A DNA stretch of 64,000 nucleotides from Candidatus Binatia bacterium (lineage in GTDB: Bacteria > Desulfobacterota > Binatia > UBA1149 > CAITLU01). Below are positions 23,906 to 32,879 of the stretch, piece by piece; the first letter of the stretch is position 1, and the number at the start of each line of letters is the position of its first letter. The stretch covers positions 70,125 to 134,124 of the forward strand of contig JBLFWR010000001.1 of NCBI GenBank assembly GCA_047611725.1, read 5' to 3'. The notes beneath the pieces were generated by a model. The model had not been told where the DNA came from and did not search any database. It saw nothing but the letters and a program-made list of their open reading frames with translations. The translations under genes and the position numbers were made by a program.

Positions 23906-24058
23906 CTACCCAACCACTCCTGTCCGCGGGCGACCGACTATACCAACAACCGAAATTCGAAGTCCTTAGTATCCCATGGGCGTTTCCGATGGGTCAACAT
24001 CGGACCGCAAGGGGGTGTAGGGGTTAAGCACAGCGACCACTAAATCTTGCGGCCTCGC

Positions 24059-24715
24059 CTACCCGTGGGTCAGCTCGACATTCCAGTAAGCAGAGTCGAC
24101 GGGTCCAATAAATGGGGTCCACTCACGGTACCCCTGACGCGCCAGCTGGCGGGCGACAAAAGGGGTCCATTCCGGTCGCCGCGGTACGCGAACAAGCCGC
24201 ATTCCTGCTTGATCCAGCGATTGGGCGCCCTTTTTGCGATTGCAGTCCAAGCACGAGCAAACCACGTTTTCCCAGCTGGTTTGGCCGCCCGCCGCCCTCG
24301 GTACGACATGATCTAAGTTGAGGTGGGTTCGCGGGAGGTGGGCCCCGCAATACTGGCAAGTGCTGTGGTCGCGGACGAAAATATTGTACCGGGAGAACCG
24401 CACTCGACGGCGCGGCACGCGGTCAAAGCCCACAAGGAGGACGACCCGGGGCACCGGAATCGCCCCACCAACCAGCCCGATTCGCTGGTCGCTGGCCGCC
24501 ACCCCAGCCCAGGATTGGAAATCGAAGGTCCGGTATTCCTCGTCTACCGCGCGGGCTACCCCTCGGTACAGCAAACTGACAGCTCGCCGAACAGACGTGA
24601 CGTGGATCGGAAGGAATGCCTTATTGAGGACCAGAGATCTGCCGGCGAGGGGACGGGCGATTGCTGACGCACCGGACATAAAGGTGGAGGCTAGCAGCCT
24701 GCCCTCGGCAGTCAA
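24059..24715 (-). CDS. HNH endonuclease (HNH_5/McrA-like); start uncertain, possibly 24679
   Basis: LVLNKAFLPI, RDHSTCQYCG, LDHVVPRAAGGQTSWENVVCSCLDCNRKK. Confidence 0.9.
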   Translation of the reverse strand: MTAEGRLLASTFMSGASAIARPLAGRSLVLNKAFLPIHVTSVRRAVSLLYRGVARAVDEEYRTFDFQSWAGVAASDQRIGLVGGAIPVPRVVLLVGFDRVPRRRVRFSRYNIFVRDHSTCQYCGAHLPRTHLNLDHVVPRAAGGQTSWENVVCSCLDCNRKKGAQSLDQAGMRLVRVPRRPEWTPFVARQLARQGYREWTPFIGPVDSAYWNVELTHG

Positions 24716-24931
24716 GGCAGCACAAGCCTAGACTCTACGTTGATACGGGGCCTAAGTATGCTAAATCTCAGGCGCCGTGAGAAGCCACCATTCTTCCTAT
24801 GTTATCGATTCGCGCCCAACGATTCCGTTGGGGGACGCGCTATCGAGACGTGGCTCGACGAGCGAAAAAGCATTGCAGTGGACGGCCGCGAGCCCTGACA
24901 CGGCGCCCGATCCACTCTTCGGAGTTCCCAC

Positions 24932-26428
24932 TTGCGCAAACAGATCATTATTAATTCTAACCCATCCGAGGTGCGCGTCGCGCTCCTTGAGAACGGGACA
25001 CTTGCCGAGATCCACATCGCCCGTACCAGCGAAGAGGCCGCCGCAGGAAACATCTACAAGGGCCGGGCGCTGCGCGTCCTACCAGGGATGCAAGCAGCTT
25101 TTGTAGACATCGGTCTGGAAAAGGCGGCGTTCCTCCACGCGTCTGACATTCCCAGCGAGGAAGATGTCACCTCGGTCGAAGACGGCGAAGAAGCTGACGA
25201 GGGACGTTCCCCTCGCAACCACATCCCGATCGAGAAAAAGCTCCGTCGCGGCGATGAAGTCATCGCCCAGATAGCCAAAGAGCCGATGGGCACTAAGGGC
25301 GCTCGGATTACCGCTCACGTCTCGCTCCCGGGCAAGTACCTTGTGTACATGCCCAGCGGGAACCTCGTCGGAGTCAGTAAGCGTATCGGTGACGACCGCG
25401 AGCGCCGACGCCTCCGCGACATCATCAACGGAGCGAAGCCAGCAGCTGGTGGCATCATCGCACGCACCTCCTGCGGGGGGCTTCCTAAGGCCGACATCAT
25501 CGAGGACGTCCGTGCAATTGAGGGAGTCTGGAAAGGCGTGCTTCAGAAAGCAGAAAAAGCGACTCCTCCCGCCCTACTGCACGCTGATCTCGACCTAGTT
25601 CTTCGTAGCGTGCGCGACATGCTCTCTCCAGACGTCGACCAAGTCGTCGTCGACAAGGACGCCGACTTTCAGCGCACGCTTGGTTACGTTCGAGATTTCA
25701 TGCCTGATCTCGCACCTCGGGTAGAGCTCTATAGCGACCTTGAGCCAATCTTCGATCGCTACGGAGTCGAAGAACAGGTGGCCCGCGCGACCGAGGCCAA
25801 AGTCTGGCTGAAATCTGGCGGGTATTTGGTTATCGACCAGGGCGAAGCGCTGACGATGATCGACGTAAACACCGGCCGCTTTGTCGGCAAGCGCAGCCAA
25901 GAAGAGACAGTCCTGAAGACGAACCTTGAAGCTGCAGAAGAGATCGTCTGGCAACTTAGGCTTCGCAACATCGGCGGCATCATTATCCTCGACCTGATCG
26001 ACATGGATGATCCCGGTCACCGAAAGCAGGTAAGCGACACGCTGGAACAAGCGCTTACGCGAGACAAAGCCAGAACCAGCATTCTTCGCATCTCCGAGAT
26101 GGGTCTTATCCAAATGACCCGCAAGCGCACACGGGAGAACCTTGAGCGCCTCCTCTCAATCCCCTGCCCCGCCTGCGACGGTCGGGGTCGTATCAAGTCA
26201 GTCTTGACCATGGCCTCCGAAATTCTGCGTGCGGTACAACGTGAGGCGCTTCGCTCGTCGAAGACCGCTACCAAAGTGACTGTTCGCGCGAATCGCGACG
26301 TAATTGCGCACTTGTTCGAGCAAGAGGAAGACGCGATTCGAGTCTTGCAGGATCGATACGAGCGTAGCGTCACGCTAAAGATCGCGGAGAACTACCACCA
26401 AGAACAGTTCGACGTCATCGCCGCCTAA
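24932..26428 (+). CDS. rng: ribonuclease G (Rne/Rng family)
   Basis: GNIYKG...LPGMQAAFVDIG, KEPMGTKGA, IDVNTG, LRLRNIGGIIILD, CPACDGRG. Confidence 0.96.
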   Translation: MRKQIIINSNPSEVRVALLENGTLAEIHIARTSEEAAAGNIYKGRALRVLPGMQAAFVDIGLEKAAFLHASDIPSEEDVTSVEDGEEADEGRSPRNHIPIEKKLRRGDEVIAQIAKEPMGTKGARITAHVSLPGKYLVYMPSGNLVGVSKRIGDDRERRRLRDIINGAKPAAGGIIARTSCGGLPKADIIEDVRAIEGVWKGVLQKAEKATPPALLHADLDLVLRSVRDMLSPDVDQVVVDKDADFQRTLGYVRDFMPDLAPRVELYSDLEPIFDRYGVEEQVARATEAKVWLKSGGYLVIDQGEALTMIDVNTGRFVGKRSQEETVLKTNLEAAEEIVWQLRLRNIGGIIILDLIDMDDPGHRKQVSDTLEQALTRDKARTSILRISEMGLIQMTRKRTRENLERLLSIPCPACDGRGRIKSVLTMASEILRAVQREALRSSKTATKVTVRANRDVIAHLFEQEEDAIRVLQDRYERSVTLKIAENYHQEQFDVIAA

Positions 26429-26431
26429 CCG

Positions 26432-27262
26432 ATGTACACTGACAGCCGAGTTAAATTTCACGCGGCGCGTTTAGCGTTCGCGCTCCTCCTCTTATCCGGC
26501 ACGATCTTTCCGTGCGTGGCGTTCGCCGGGTCCATCGGCTTTCGCGTAGACACAACCATTCATGCTGGCTCCGAGCTGCAGGTAGGCGTAAAGCTGTCGC
26601 ACACCGGAGACGAGGCAGCGGCTGACGTTTTCCCGGTAGCATCGGTGGAAGGCCTACAGGCCAAGGGGGAAGTGCTCGCGAACTTCTCGCCACGCACCAA
26701 TCACGAATGGCTGCTTGACCTCGGGAAGCTCAACCTTTCGCCTGGAAGCTATACCGTCGTAGTCCGAATCAACTACGCTGACCAAAACGGCTATCCTTTT
26801 CAGGTGCTGTCCACGGCACCGCTTCGCCGCGGGGTCGACATGCGAACCATCGTGCGTGGACAACTTCGAATCGGCACGATCCCCGAAAACGGGTCAGCGA
26901 AGGCGCTCGTCACGCTTGAAGCGCCCCGAGGCGAGCAAGGACGCTACCGCGTTAATCTAGTGTCCCCATCAGGACTCTCCGTAAACAACGAAAGCGTCGA
27001 AGTCGACTTGAAGTCAGGCAAGAAAACCAGCGTTGAGTTCCAGCTGACCAACCGCAAACTTCTCGTCGGGACGGCCGTCAACTGCTACGCACTTGTCACC
27101 AACCTTACGGACGCACCACCCCAAACAGACACCATTCAGGGAATCGCCCGCATCGTCGCACCGCGCGAAATGTTGACCACTACGCTGATCATGCAGATTG
27201 CCGGCATGCTCACGGTGCTGCTCATCATTCTGGAACTGGCAACCCTGCGGAGACTTAGATGA
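26432..27262 (+). CDS. exported beta-rich protein with a C-terminal membrane anchor
   Basis: Signal peptide (AFA), alternating beta-strand pattern in two probable Ig-like units, C-terminal TM followed by RRLR; tightly coupled to its neighbours. Confidence 0.75.
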   Translation: MYTDSRVKFHAARLAFALLLLSGTIFPCVAFAGSIGFRVDTTIHAGSELQVGVKLSHTGDEAAADVFPVASVEGLQAKGEVLANFSPRTNHEWLLDLGKLNLSPGSYTVVVRINYADQNGYPFQVLSTAPLRRGVDMRTIVRGQLRIGTIPENGSAKALVTLEAPRGEQGRYRVNLVSPSGLSVNNESVEVDLKSGKKTSVEFQLTNRKLLVGTAVNCYALVTNLTDAPPQTDTIQGIARIVAPREMLTTTLIMQIAGMLTVLLIILELATLRRLR

Positions 27263-30084
27263 ACCGGACACGCCTGTTGGACTGGGCCGAGTTTTCACTT
27301 GTCGGGCTCGTAACGGCATTTATTTTCTACATCATGCCCTGGGACGACCTTTTGGCCCCGACGGTTACCGCCGGCGGCGACATGGCCTCCCATTTCTATC
27401 CAACCAAATTGATGCACGACGAGTTGCTACCGGCCGGGAGATTGACCGGCTGGACGATGGGAAATTACGCAGGCTTCCCGCTCTTCCACTTTTACTCGAT
27501 TCTTCCCTTCGCGGTCATCGCAGCGCTCGGCTACATCTTCCCGCTCGAGCAAACGTTCAAGCTGGTTACGATGCTCGGCCCGTTCACCCTTCCCGCTGCG
27601 GCCGCATACATGTTTCGATCGCTTGGTTATCGCCACGGAGTAGCGGCGATGGCAGCGGCATCTTTCCTGCCTTTCTTATTTCAGCAGGGAAATTCGATGT
27701 GGGGTGGCAACATTCCGAGCGTGCTTGCCGGCGAGTTCTGCCACGCGATCGGACTGTCTCTGTCTTTGGTTTTCGTCGGGTTACTTCATCGAACCGTCCA
27801 GGGACGCGGATCCTGGGTCGGTTGCGGGCTTTTACTGGGGGCGGTTGGCCTCACCCATGCATTTTCGTTCATCGGAGCCGTCTGGTTCTCGCTTTTCTAC
27901 TTGTGGCCGGGCACCAATATTCGTCGCTACGGCTCCTATCTCGCGCCAATCTACTTACTCGCCTTCCTCCTGTTGGCATTCTGGGGATTGCCACTACCGC
28001 CGCGACTCCAGTTCACGACCGAATTCAGCATGATCTGGCGGCTGAAATCTTGGACAGAAGTCATCCCTCCCCTGTTGTGGCCAGCCTTGGCGCTGTCCTG
28101 CGCCAACCTCGTCGCCCTCGTACCGCGACCTGCTGCCATCCGTGATCTTCCAATCGGAATGCGCACTGCAATCACCACTGTGGGGTTGGGTTTGATGACT
28201 GGGGGCGTTGTTTGGTCAGGATGGACGCTCGCCCCGTATTCACCGTCAAACTGGCTGGCCGCTGCCGGCGTACTTGTTTGCTGGATTGGCCTTCCGGCAA
28301 ATCCTTTCGCTCGAGAACGGCAAGGGTTTCTCTTGTTCGCCCTCGGCGGCAGCATCTTTCTTTATTTGGTCGCACCGGCGATAGGGTTCCCCGACATCCG
28401 TTTTGTCCCGATTGGACAAATGTTCTTGGGATTGTTGGCCGCCGATTTTCTCGCGTGGGCAGGTTCAGCCTTGCGTTTTCGAACCCTGTACGCAGCGATC
28501 GTAGTGCTCGCTTGCATCGGTTGGAGCTGGGCCCACCTTGGCTACCTGCCATCGTGGCTGACATGGAATTACGCTGGCTACGAACGAAAGGCGACGTGGC
28601 CAACATTCGAAGCGATCAACGACCACTTGCGTGGCGACGTCAACGACCCCCGCGTAGTCTTCGAGCACTCTCAAATTCACAACCGATTTGGCAGCTCGCG
28701 TGCCTTCGAAAACCTTCCGCTGTTTTCAGGCCGCTCGACGCTGGAAGGTGTATTCCACCAGGTCTCGCCGAATTCTGCCCACGTGTTCTACATCCAATCG
28801 CAGACGTCAGAGAAAACCTCGGGCCCCTTTCCACAACACACTTACATTCGATTGGACCCGTCGGGGGCTGTGCCACGCCTGCGCCTCTTCAACGTCAGCG
28901 ACCTCGTTGTGGTCAGCGAAAAAGCCAAGGCCGCGTACGAAGCCGCGCCTGAGTTCGAGAAAACTTTTAGTGCCGCCAACTACGAAGTCTACCACCTCGA
29001 TTCCGCTGCCACCGGTTACGTAGTCGCTGCCGAGAACCAGCCAGTCCTCTACGACGGGCCGGACCACAAGCTGGCGTTCTATCGATGGTTCAAGCACTCG
29101 GAACTTCTCGACATCCCGGTCGTTGCGGCCAAACACATGTCAGCAGAGCGTCGGGCAGAGTTCGACTATCGTACCGACGCCATCGAGCGGCTACCTAGAA
29201 TTCCTTACGAAAACCCCTGCCAGGTTGACTCTCAGATTGAGCAATATCGGGTCACCTTCCAAACAACATGTCCCGGGCGTCCGCACATTATTAAGGTTTC
29301 GTACTTCCCACGCTGGATGGCCCGCGATGGGTCGCCGGTCGACTTCATAGCGCCCGGCTTCATGATGGTGTGGCCAGCCGAGAAAGAGTTCGAACTCTAC
29401 TACGGGCGCACAAGCTTCGACCTGTTTGCGATGTCTCTGTCGCTTTTCGGGCTCCTGTTCGCCGCTGCGTGTTGGGTGCGTCCGCAACTCGCACGTCGCA
29501 CTGTCCACGTCGCAGACTTCGTGTTCGGTCCCGCGCTCGGAACGATCGGGCGCTACCCGGTTCTGGTTGGCACCGGACTATTGATCGCTCTGGCTGGCGC
29601 AGGTATCTCGACTCGCTACGACTTGACTGAACCCAACCGTGCGTTCCGTCAGGGGCAAGAAGCGTATCGCGAACGAGATTTCCAACGTGCGATAGAAACG
29701 TATGGAGAATGGACCCAAACCGACCGCGACACCTTCAAACACGCGACCGCGATGTTCCAACTCGGGGTGAGCTACGCTGAAGCCGATCAACCGGCCGCCG
29801 CCATTGAAACGCTGGAACGACTGCAATTTCAGTTCCCCAACATCAACTATGGGGCCGGTACACTCTTCCATTTGGCACGAAGCTACGCCGCGCTAGAGAT
29901 GGAAGAGAAAGCTCAAAAGACCGCTGACGTCTTGTTCGCAGAGCACAGCAATACTGCCTGGACCAAAAGACTCCAGCGCGAATACCCAAGGCTGACTCCA
30001 CCCTCCGTGGATGAGCCAGGCAAAACGGATGCACCGTCACCCTCACCCGCCCTCAAAGGCAAAGCCGATGACCCGAAGAAATAG
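27259..30084 (+). CDS. polytopic membrane protein of the PTPS-related / GT-C-like type with a C-terminal TPR domain
   Basis: AGGDMASH...WTMGNYAGFPLFHFY first loop, many TM helices, DIRF, large soluble domain, TPR-like FQLGVSYAEADQPAAAIETLERLQFQFP. Confidence 0.8.
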   Translation: MNRTRLLDWAEFSLVGLVTAFIFYIMPWDDLLAPTVTAGGDMASHFYPTKLMHDELLPAGRLTGWTMGNYAGFPLFHFYSILPFAVIAALGYIFPLEQTFKLVTMLGPFTLPAAAAYMFRSLGYRHGVAAMAAASFLPFLFQQGNSMWGGNIPSVLAGEFCHAIGLSLSLVFVGLLHRTVQGRGSWVGCGLLLGAVGLTHAFSFIGAVWFSLFYLWPGTNIRRYGSYLAPIYLLAFLLLAFWGLPLPPRLQFTTEFSMIWRLKSWTEVIPPLLWPALALSCANLVALVPRPAAIRDLPIGMRTAITTVGLGLMTGGVVWSGWTLAPYSPSNWLAAAGVLVCWIGLPANPFARERQGFLLFALGGSIFLYLVAPAIGFPDIRFVPIGQMFLGLLAADFLAWAGSALRFRTLYAAIVVLACIGWSWAHLGYLPSWLTWNYAGYERKATWPTFEAINDHLRGDVNDPRVVFEHSQIHNRFGSSRAFENLPLFSGRSTLEGVFHQVSPNSAHVFYIQSQTSEKTSGPFPQHTYIRLDPSGAVPRLRLFNVSDLVVVSEKAKAAYEAAPEFEKTFSAANYEVYHLDSAATGYVVAAENQPVLYDGPDHKLAFYRWFKHSELLDIPVVAAKHMSAERRAEFDYRTDAIERLPRIPYENPCQVDSQIEQYRVTFQTTCPGRPHIIKVSYFPRWMARDGSPVDFIAPGFMMVWPAEKEFELYYGRTSFDLFAMSLSLFGLLFAAACWVRPQLARRTVHVADFVFGPALGTIGRYPVLVGTGLLIALAGAGISTRYDLTEPNRAFRQGQEAYRERDFQRAIETYGEWTQTDRDTFKHATAMFQLGVSYAEADQPAAAIETLERLQFQFPNINYGAGTLFHLARSYAALEMEEKAQKTADVLFAEHSNTAWTKRLQREYPRLTPPSVDEPGKTDAPSPSPALKGKADDPKK

Positions 30085-30093
30085 GTACGGAAT

Positions 30094-31281
30094 TTACTTT
30101 GAGCGATCGTCGTCGATGATCATCGGCGCGTCGTCACCCACAAGATTTTCGGCAACGAGTGTGCTGGCCTCAAACGCAACGAGGTCACTCTCATCGACCA
30201 CAAGCTGCACGCTTGCCATGGATGCGCGAGGCCGAAAGCGCGCGCGCAAACTGGAGGGAGGTACGGTGGCACCGTGGCTACCGCTCACGTAAAGAACCGC
30301 AGCCTCTAGATCATCCGGCTCCAGAACAATATATGCAGACGCCGTAGAAGGTCCGACAAACCACGCCCACGCCTCGTGAGTGCTGGGCCGTAACCAGGGC
30401 CCGGCTTCCGAACCGAGCACGACCACTGCCAAAGAAACATCCCCTTGTGACTCAAGCAGCTCTCCTATTCGCGCATCAACGTCGCGATAGGCTTGTTCGA
30501 CCAAGGCGGAGCTATCTCCTGCTGCAGCGCGCGCCGCAGCGACTAACGGTTCGACGAGAACACTCGAAGCGCCCGCTTCCTTAGGGTTCTCAGACGTCAC
30601 ACTTGGCAACCGGTCACGAACAAACCGGTAGACGAGTGCCGCGCTTTCTTCGTCTGGTGAAAGCAAAATCGTAGGTGCGGACCAGTGACGAGTTTCGGTT
30701 CGAACAAACGCCGGGGAAAGCAGGTAGCGAGCGCGGTTGATTCGGCCAATTTGAAATGTTGCCGCGCGCCCGTCGGCCACGTCGACATCGATCCACTTAC
30801 TCCACTCACCAACGGCGAGATTCTCGGCGCTCACAGCAACCGCGTTGGCAGCCTGGAGATGTGGCCACGGCAAACGGTGCGTCGCCACCGCTCGAGCTAA
30901 GACCGGCGCAAACCCACTTCCGCCCACGAAACGCCGCTCGGTTTCCGCTTCGTCCCTTTTTCCCTCACCGTCGAATGTCGCGAGCTGCTTCAAGGCCGAA
31001 GCTCGTGCCCAGCGGCCGGACACACGGCTGGAGCGCTGCGGGGCCACAACGGCCACCACCGCCCGTGATCCAAGCGAGCCGAGGACTGGAAGATGCCCAG
31101 CGGCAACCATCTGCTCGATATCGGCAGCTTGAGCGCCCGGAAGCGCGACAATCACGCATCGGTCGTGGGCGTTGACCTGCAACTGTGACAGCCCAACCGC
31201 ACTGGCGGACAAAGCAACGACAAGCGCGAGCGCTCGAGGCCAAGAAGGCGCGGGGGACAATGATTGTTGAAGATTGGACAT
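30094..31281 (-). CDS. alkaline phosphatase/nucleotide pyrophosphatase-fold protein, degenerate
   Basis: VIVALPGA...MVAAGHLPVLGSL and AYRDVDARIGELL resemble the family scaffold; metal ligands are not retained. Confidence 0.6.
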   Translation of the reverse strand: MSNLQQSLSPAPSWPRALALVVALSASAVGLSQLQVNAHDRCVIVALPGAQAADIEQMVAAGHLPVLGSLGSRAVVAVVAPQRSSRVSGRWARASALKQLATFDGEGKRDEAETERRFVGGSGFAPVLARAVATHRLPWPHLQAANAVAVSAENLAVGEWSKWIDVDVADGRAATFQIGRINRARYLLSPAFVRTETRHWSAPTILLSPDEESAALVYRFVRDRLPSVTSENPKEAGASSVLVEPLVAAARAAAGDSSALVEQAYRDVDARIGELLESQGDVSLAVVVLGSEAGPWLRPSTHEAWAWFVGPSTASAYIVLEPDDLEAAVLYVSGSHGATVPPSSLRARFRPRASMASVQLVVDESDLVAFEASTLVAENLVGDDAPMIIDDDRSK

Positions 31282-31335
31282 CCTGAAAGACGCTCTCTAC
31301 ACTACCCCTCGGTCGTACTCCATCGACCACACCCA

Positions 31336-32340
31336 ATGAGCACTGGCCACGCCAACGACACGACCCGAGACCCTCCGCAACTCGTTTCGATTGTGGTCCC
31401 GGTTTTCAACGAGCAGGACTGCGTCGGCGAGATGAGTTCCCGTGTGCGGGCGGCTCTAGAAGCCTGCCACCTGGACTACGAGCTCATCTACGTCGACGAT
31501 GGCAGCAGTGACGACACCCTCGCCTGCATACGGGCCATCGCCGACGATGACCCCAGGGTTCGGTATGTCTCGTTTTCGCGGAATTTCGGACACCAGATGG
31601 CGCTATTTGCTGGCGTCGAACACGCCTGCGGCGACGTAGTGGTTAGCCTTGATGGCGACCTCCAACACCCTCCCGAACTGATTCCTGAGCTGATCGAACG
31701 CTGGAGAGAAGGCTACGACGTAGTGTACACGGTGCGGACCGGCAACGAGGGCCACGCTCTCAAGGAAGCGTTCTCCGGTGCATTTTACTGGCTGATGCGG
31801 TCACTAACCGGCGTCGATGTTGCAACGGGAGGCGCTGACTTTAGGCTGCTTGACCGCAAGGTCGCCGAAGTTCTTCGCAACTGCGAGGAACGCTTCATTT
31901 TCGTACGGGGACTCGTACCCTGGCTAGGGTTCCGGCGTATCGGAGTCGAGTACCGTGCCGACGAAAGGTTTGCCGGACAGACCAAGTACCTCCCCGCCCG
32001 CATGTTCCGTTTCGCACTAGACGGAATATTTTCTTTCTCTATTCTTCCATTGCGTTTCATTGCCGCCCTCGGCGCCGCAACCGTGGGGCTCGGACTCATA
32101 TACGGGTTTTACTCTGTCGTCGTGCGCCTGATTCTAAAAGACGCTGTGTCGGGATGGACATCGCTAATTGTCATCATTTTGGTGTTCAGCGGAACGCAAC
32201 TGCTTAGCCTCGGGATTCTGAGCGAGTACGTCGGTCGCATCTACGAAGAGGTCAAACACCGCCCGCGCTACATTGTTGATCACACCAACGTAGAGCTGCA
32301 GGGGAATTCCAAACGCGACAAAAAAGGAAGCCGCCGATGA
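31336..32340 (+). CDS. GT2 polyprenyl-phosphate glycosyltransferase (GtrB/YkcC-like)
   Basis: SIVVPVFNE, VDDGSSD, SRNFGHQ, DGDLQHPP, DFRLLDR, two C-terminal TMs, EYVGRIY. Confidence 0.92.
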   Translation: MSTGHANDTTRDPPQLVSIVVPVFNEQDCVGEMSSRVRAALEACHLDYELIYVDDGSSDDTLACIRAIADDDPRVRYVSFSRNFGHQMALFAGVEHACGDVVVSLDGDLQHPPELIPELIERWREGYDVVYTVRTGNEGHALKEAFSGAFYWLMRSLTGVDVATGGADFRLLDRKVAEVLRNCEERFIFVRGLVPWLGFRRIGVEYRADERFAGQTKYLPARMFRFALDGIFSFSILPLRFIAALGAATVGLGLIYGFYSVVVRLILKDAVSGWTSLIVIILVFSGTQLLSLGILSEYVGRIYEEVKHRPRYIVDHTNVELQGNSKRDKKGSRR

Positions 32341-32861
32341 GAACGTATCTTTTGACGGGATTGGGACTTTGTTTGGCGATGACCGCCGCGTGCGGCGAGG
32401 GCACACTTGAGTTCGGAGGCGATCGCGACAACACGAAAACAATAGTGACGGTAAGAGGAAACGTCGACGATATCATCCCCGTAACGACCAGAGACATCGT
32501 CGTATTCGTGTTCACAAATCTCCGCGACCCGGGCACCTTCCGGGATTTCGATGACGGTGAGATTGTCGTTCTAGCCACTGGGAGTTCGGAATTTACGGTA
32601 CCGGACGTCGATCGTGGCGACATCACCGTTATCTTCCTACTCGATGAAGCCGGGAATAATGCCGACGGTCAGATCGACGAAGGCGACCCCATCGCCACTC
32701 TGGATGACCCCGACAATGAACTCGACGATGTTCGCTCCGGCCTTACCATCGAAGCGCGGGACATCGACATCAACTTTACGGACGAGCCTTCTGGGAATCT
32801 GCCTGCGGCTGGTGTTGCCGAGGCAGACGACATTCAAAGACTCAGCGAATCGAGCCCGTAG
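32337..32861 (+). CDS. acidic lipoprotein
   Basis: Lipobox TAAC; Asp-rich; overlaps the GT2 stop (ATGA). Confidence 0.75.
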   Translation: MRTYLLTGLGLCLAMTAACGEGTLEFGGDRDNTKTIVTVRGNVDDIIPVTTRDIVVFVFTNLRDPGTFRDFDDGEIVVLATGSSEFTVPDVDRGDITVIFLLDEAGNNADGQIDEGDPIATLDDPDNELDDVRSGLTIEARDIDINFTDEPSGNLPAAGVAEADDIQRLSESSP

Positions 32862-32879
32862 GGGCCTCAACGGTTCGTT

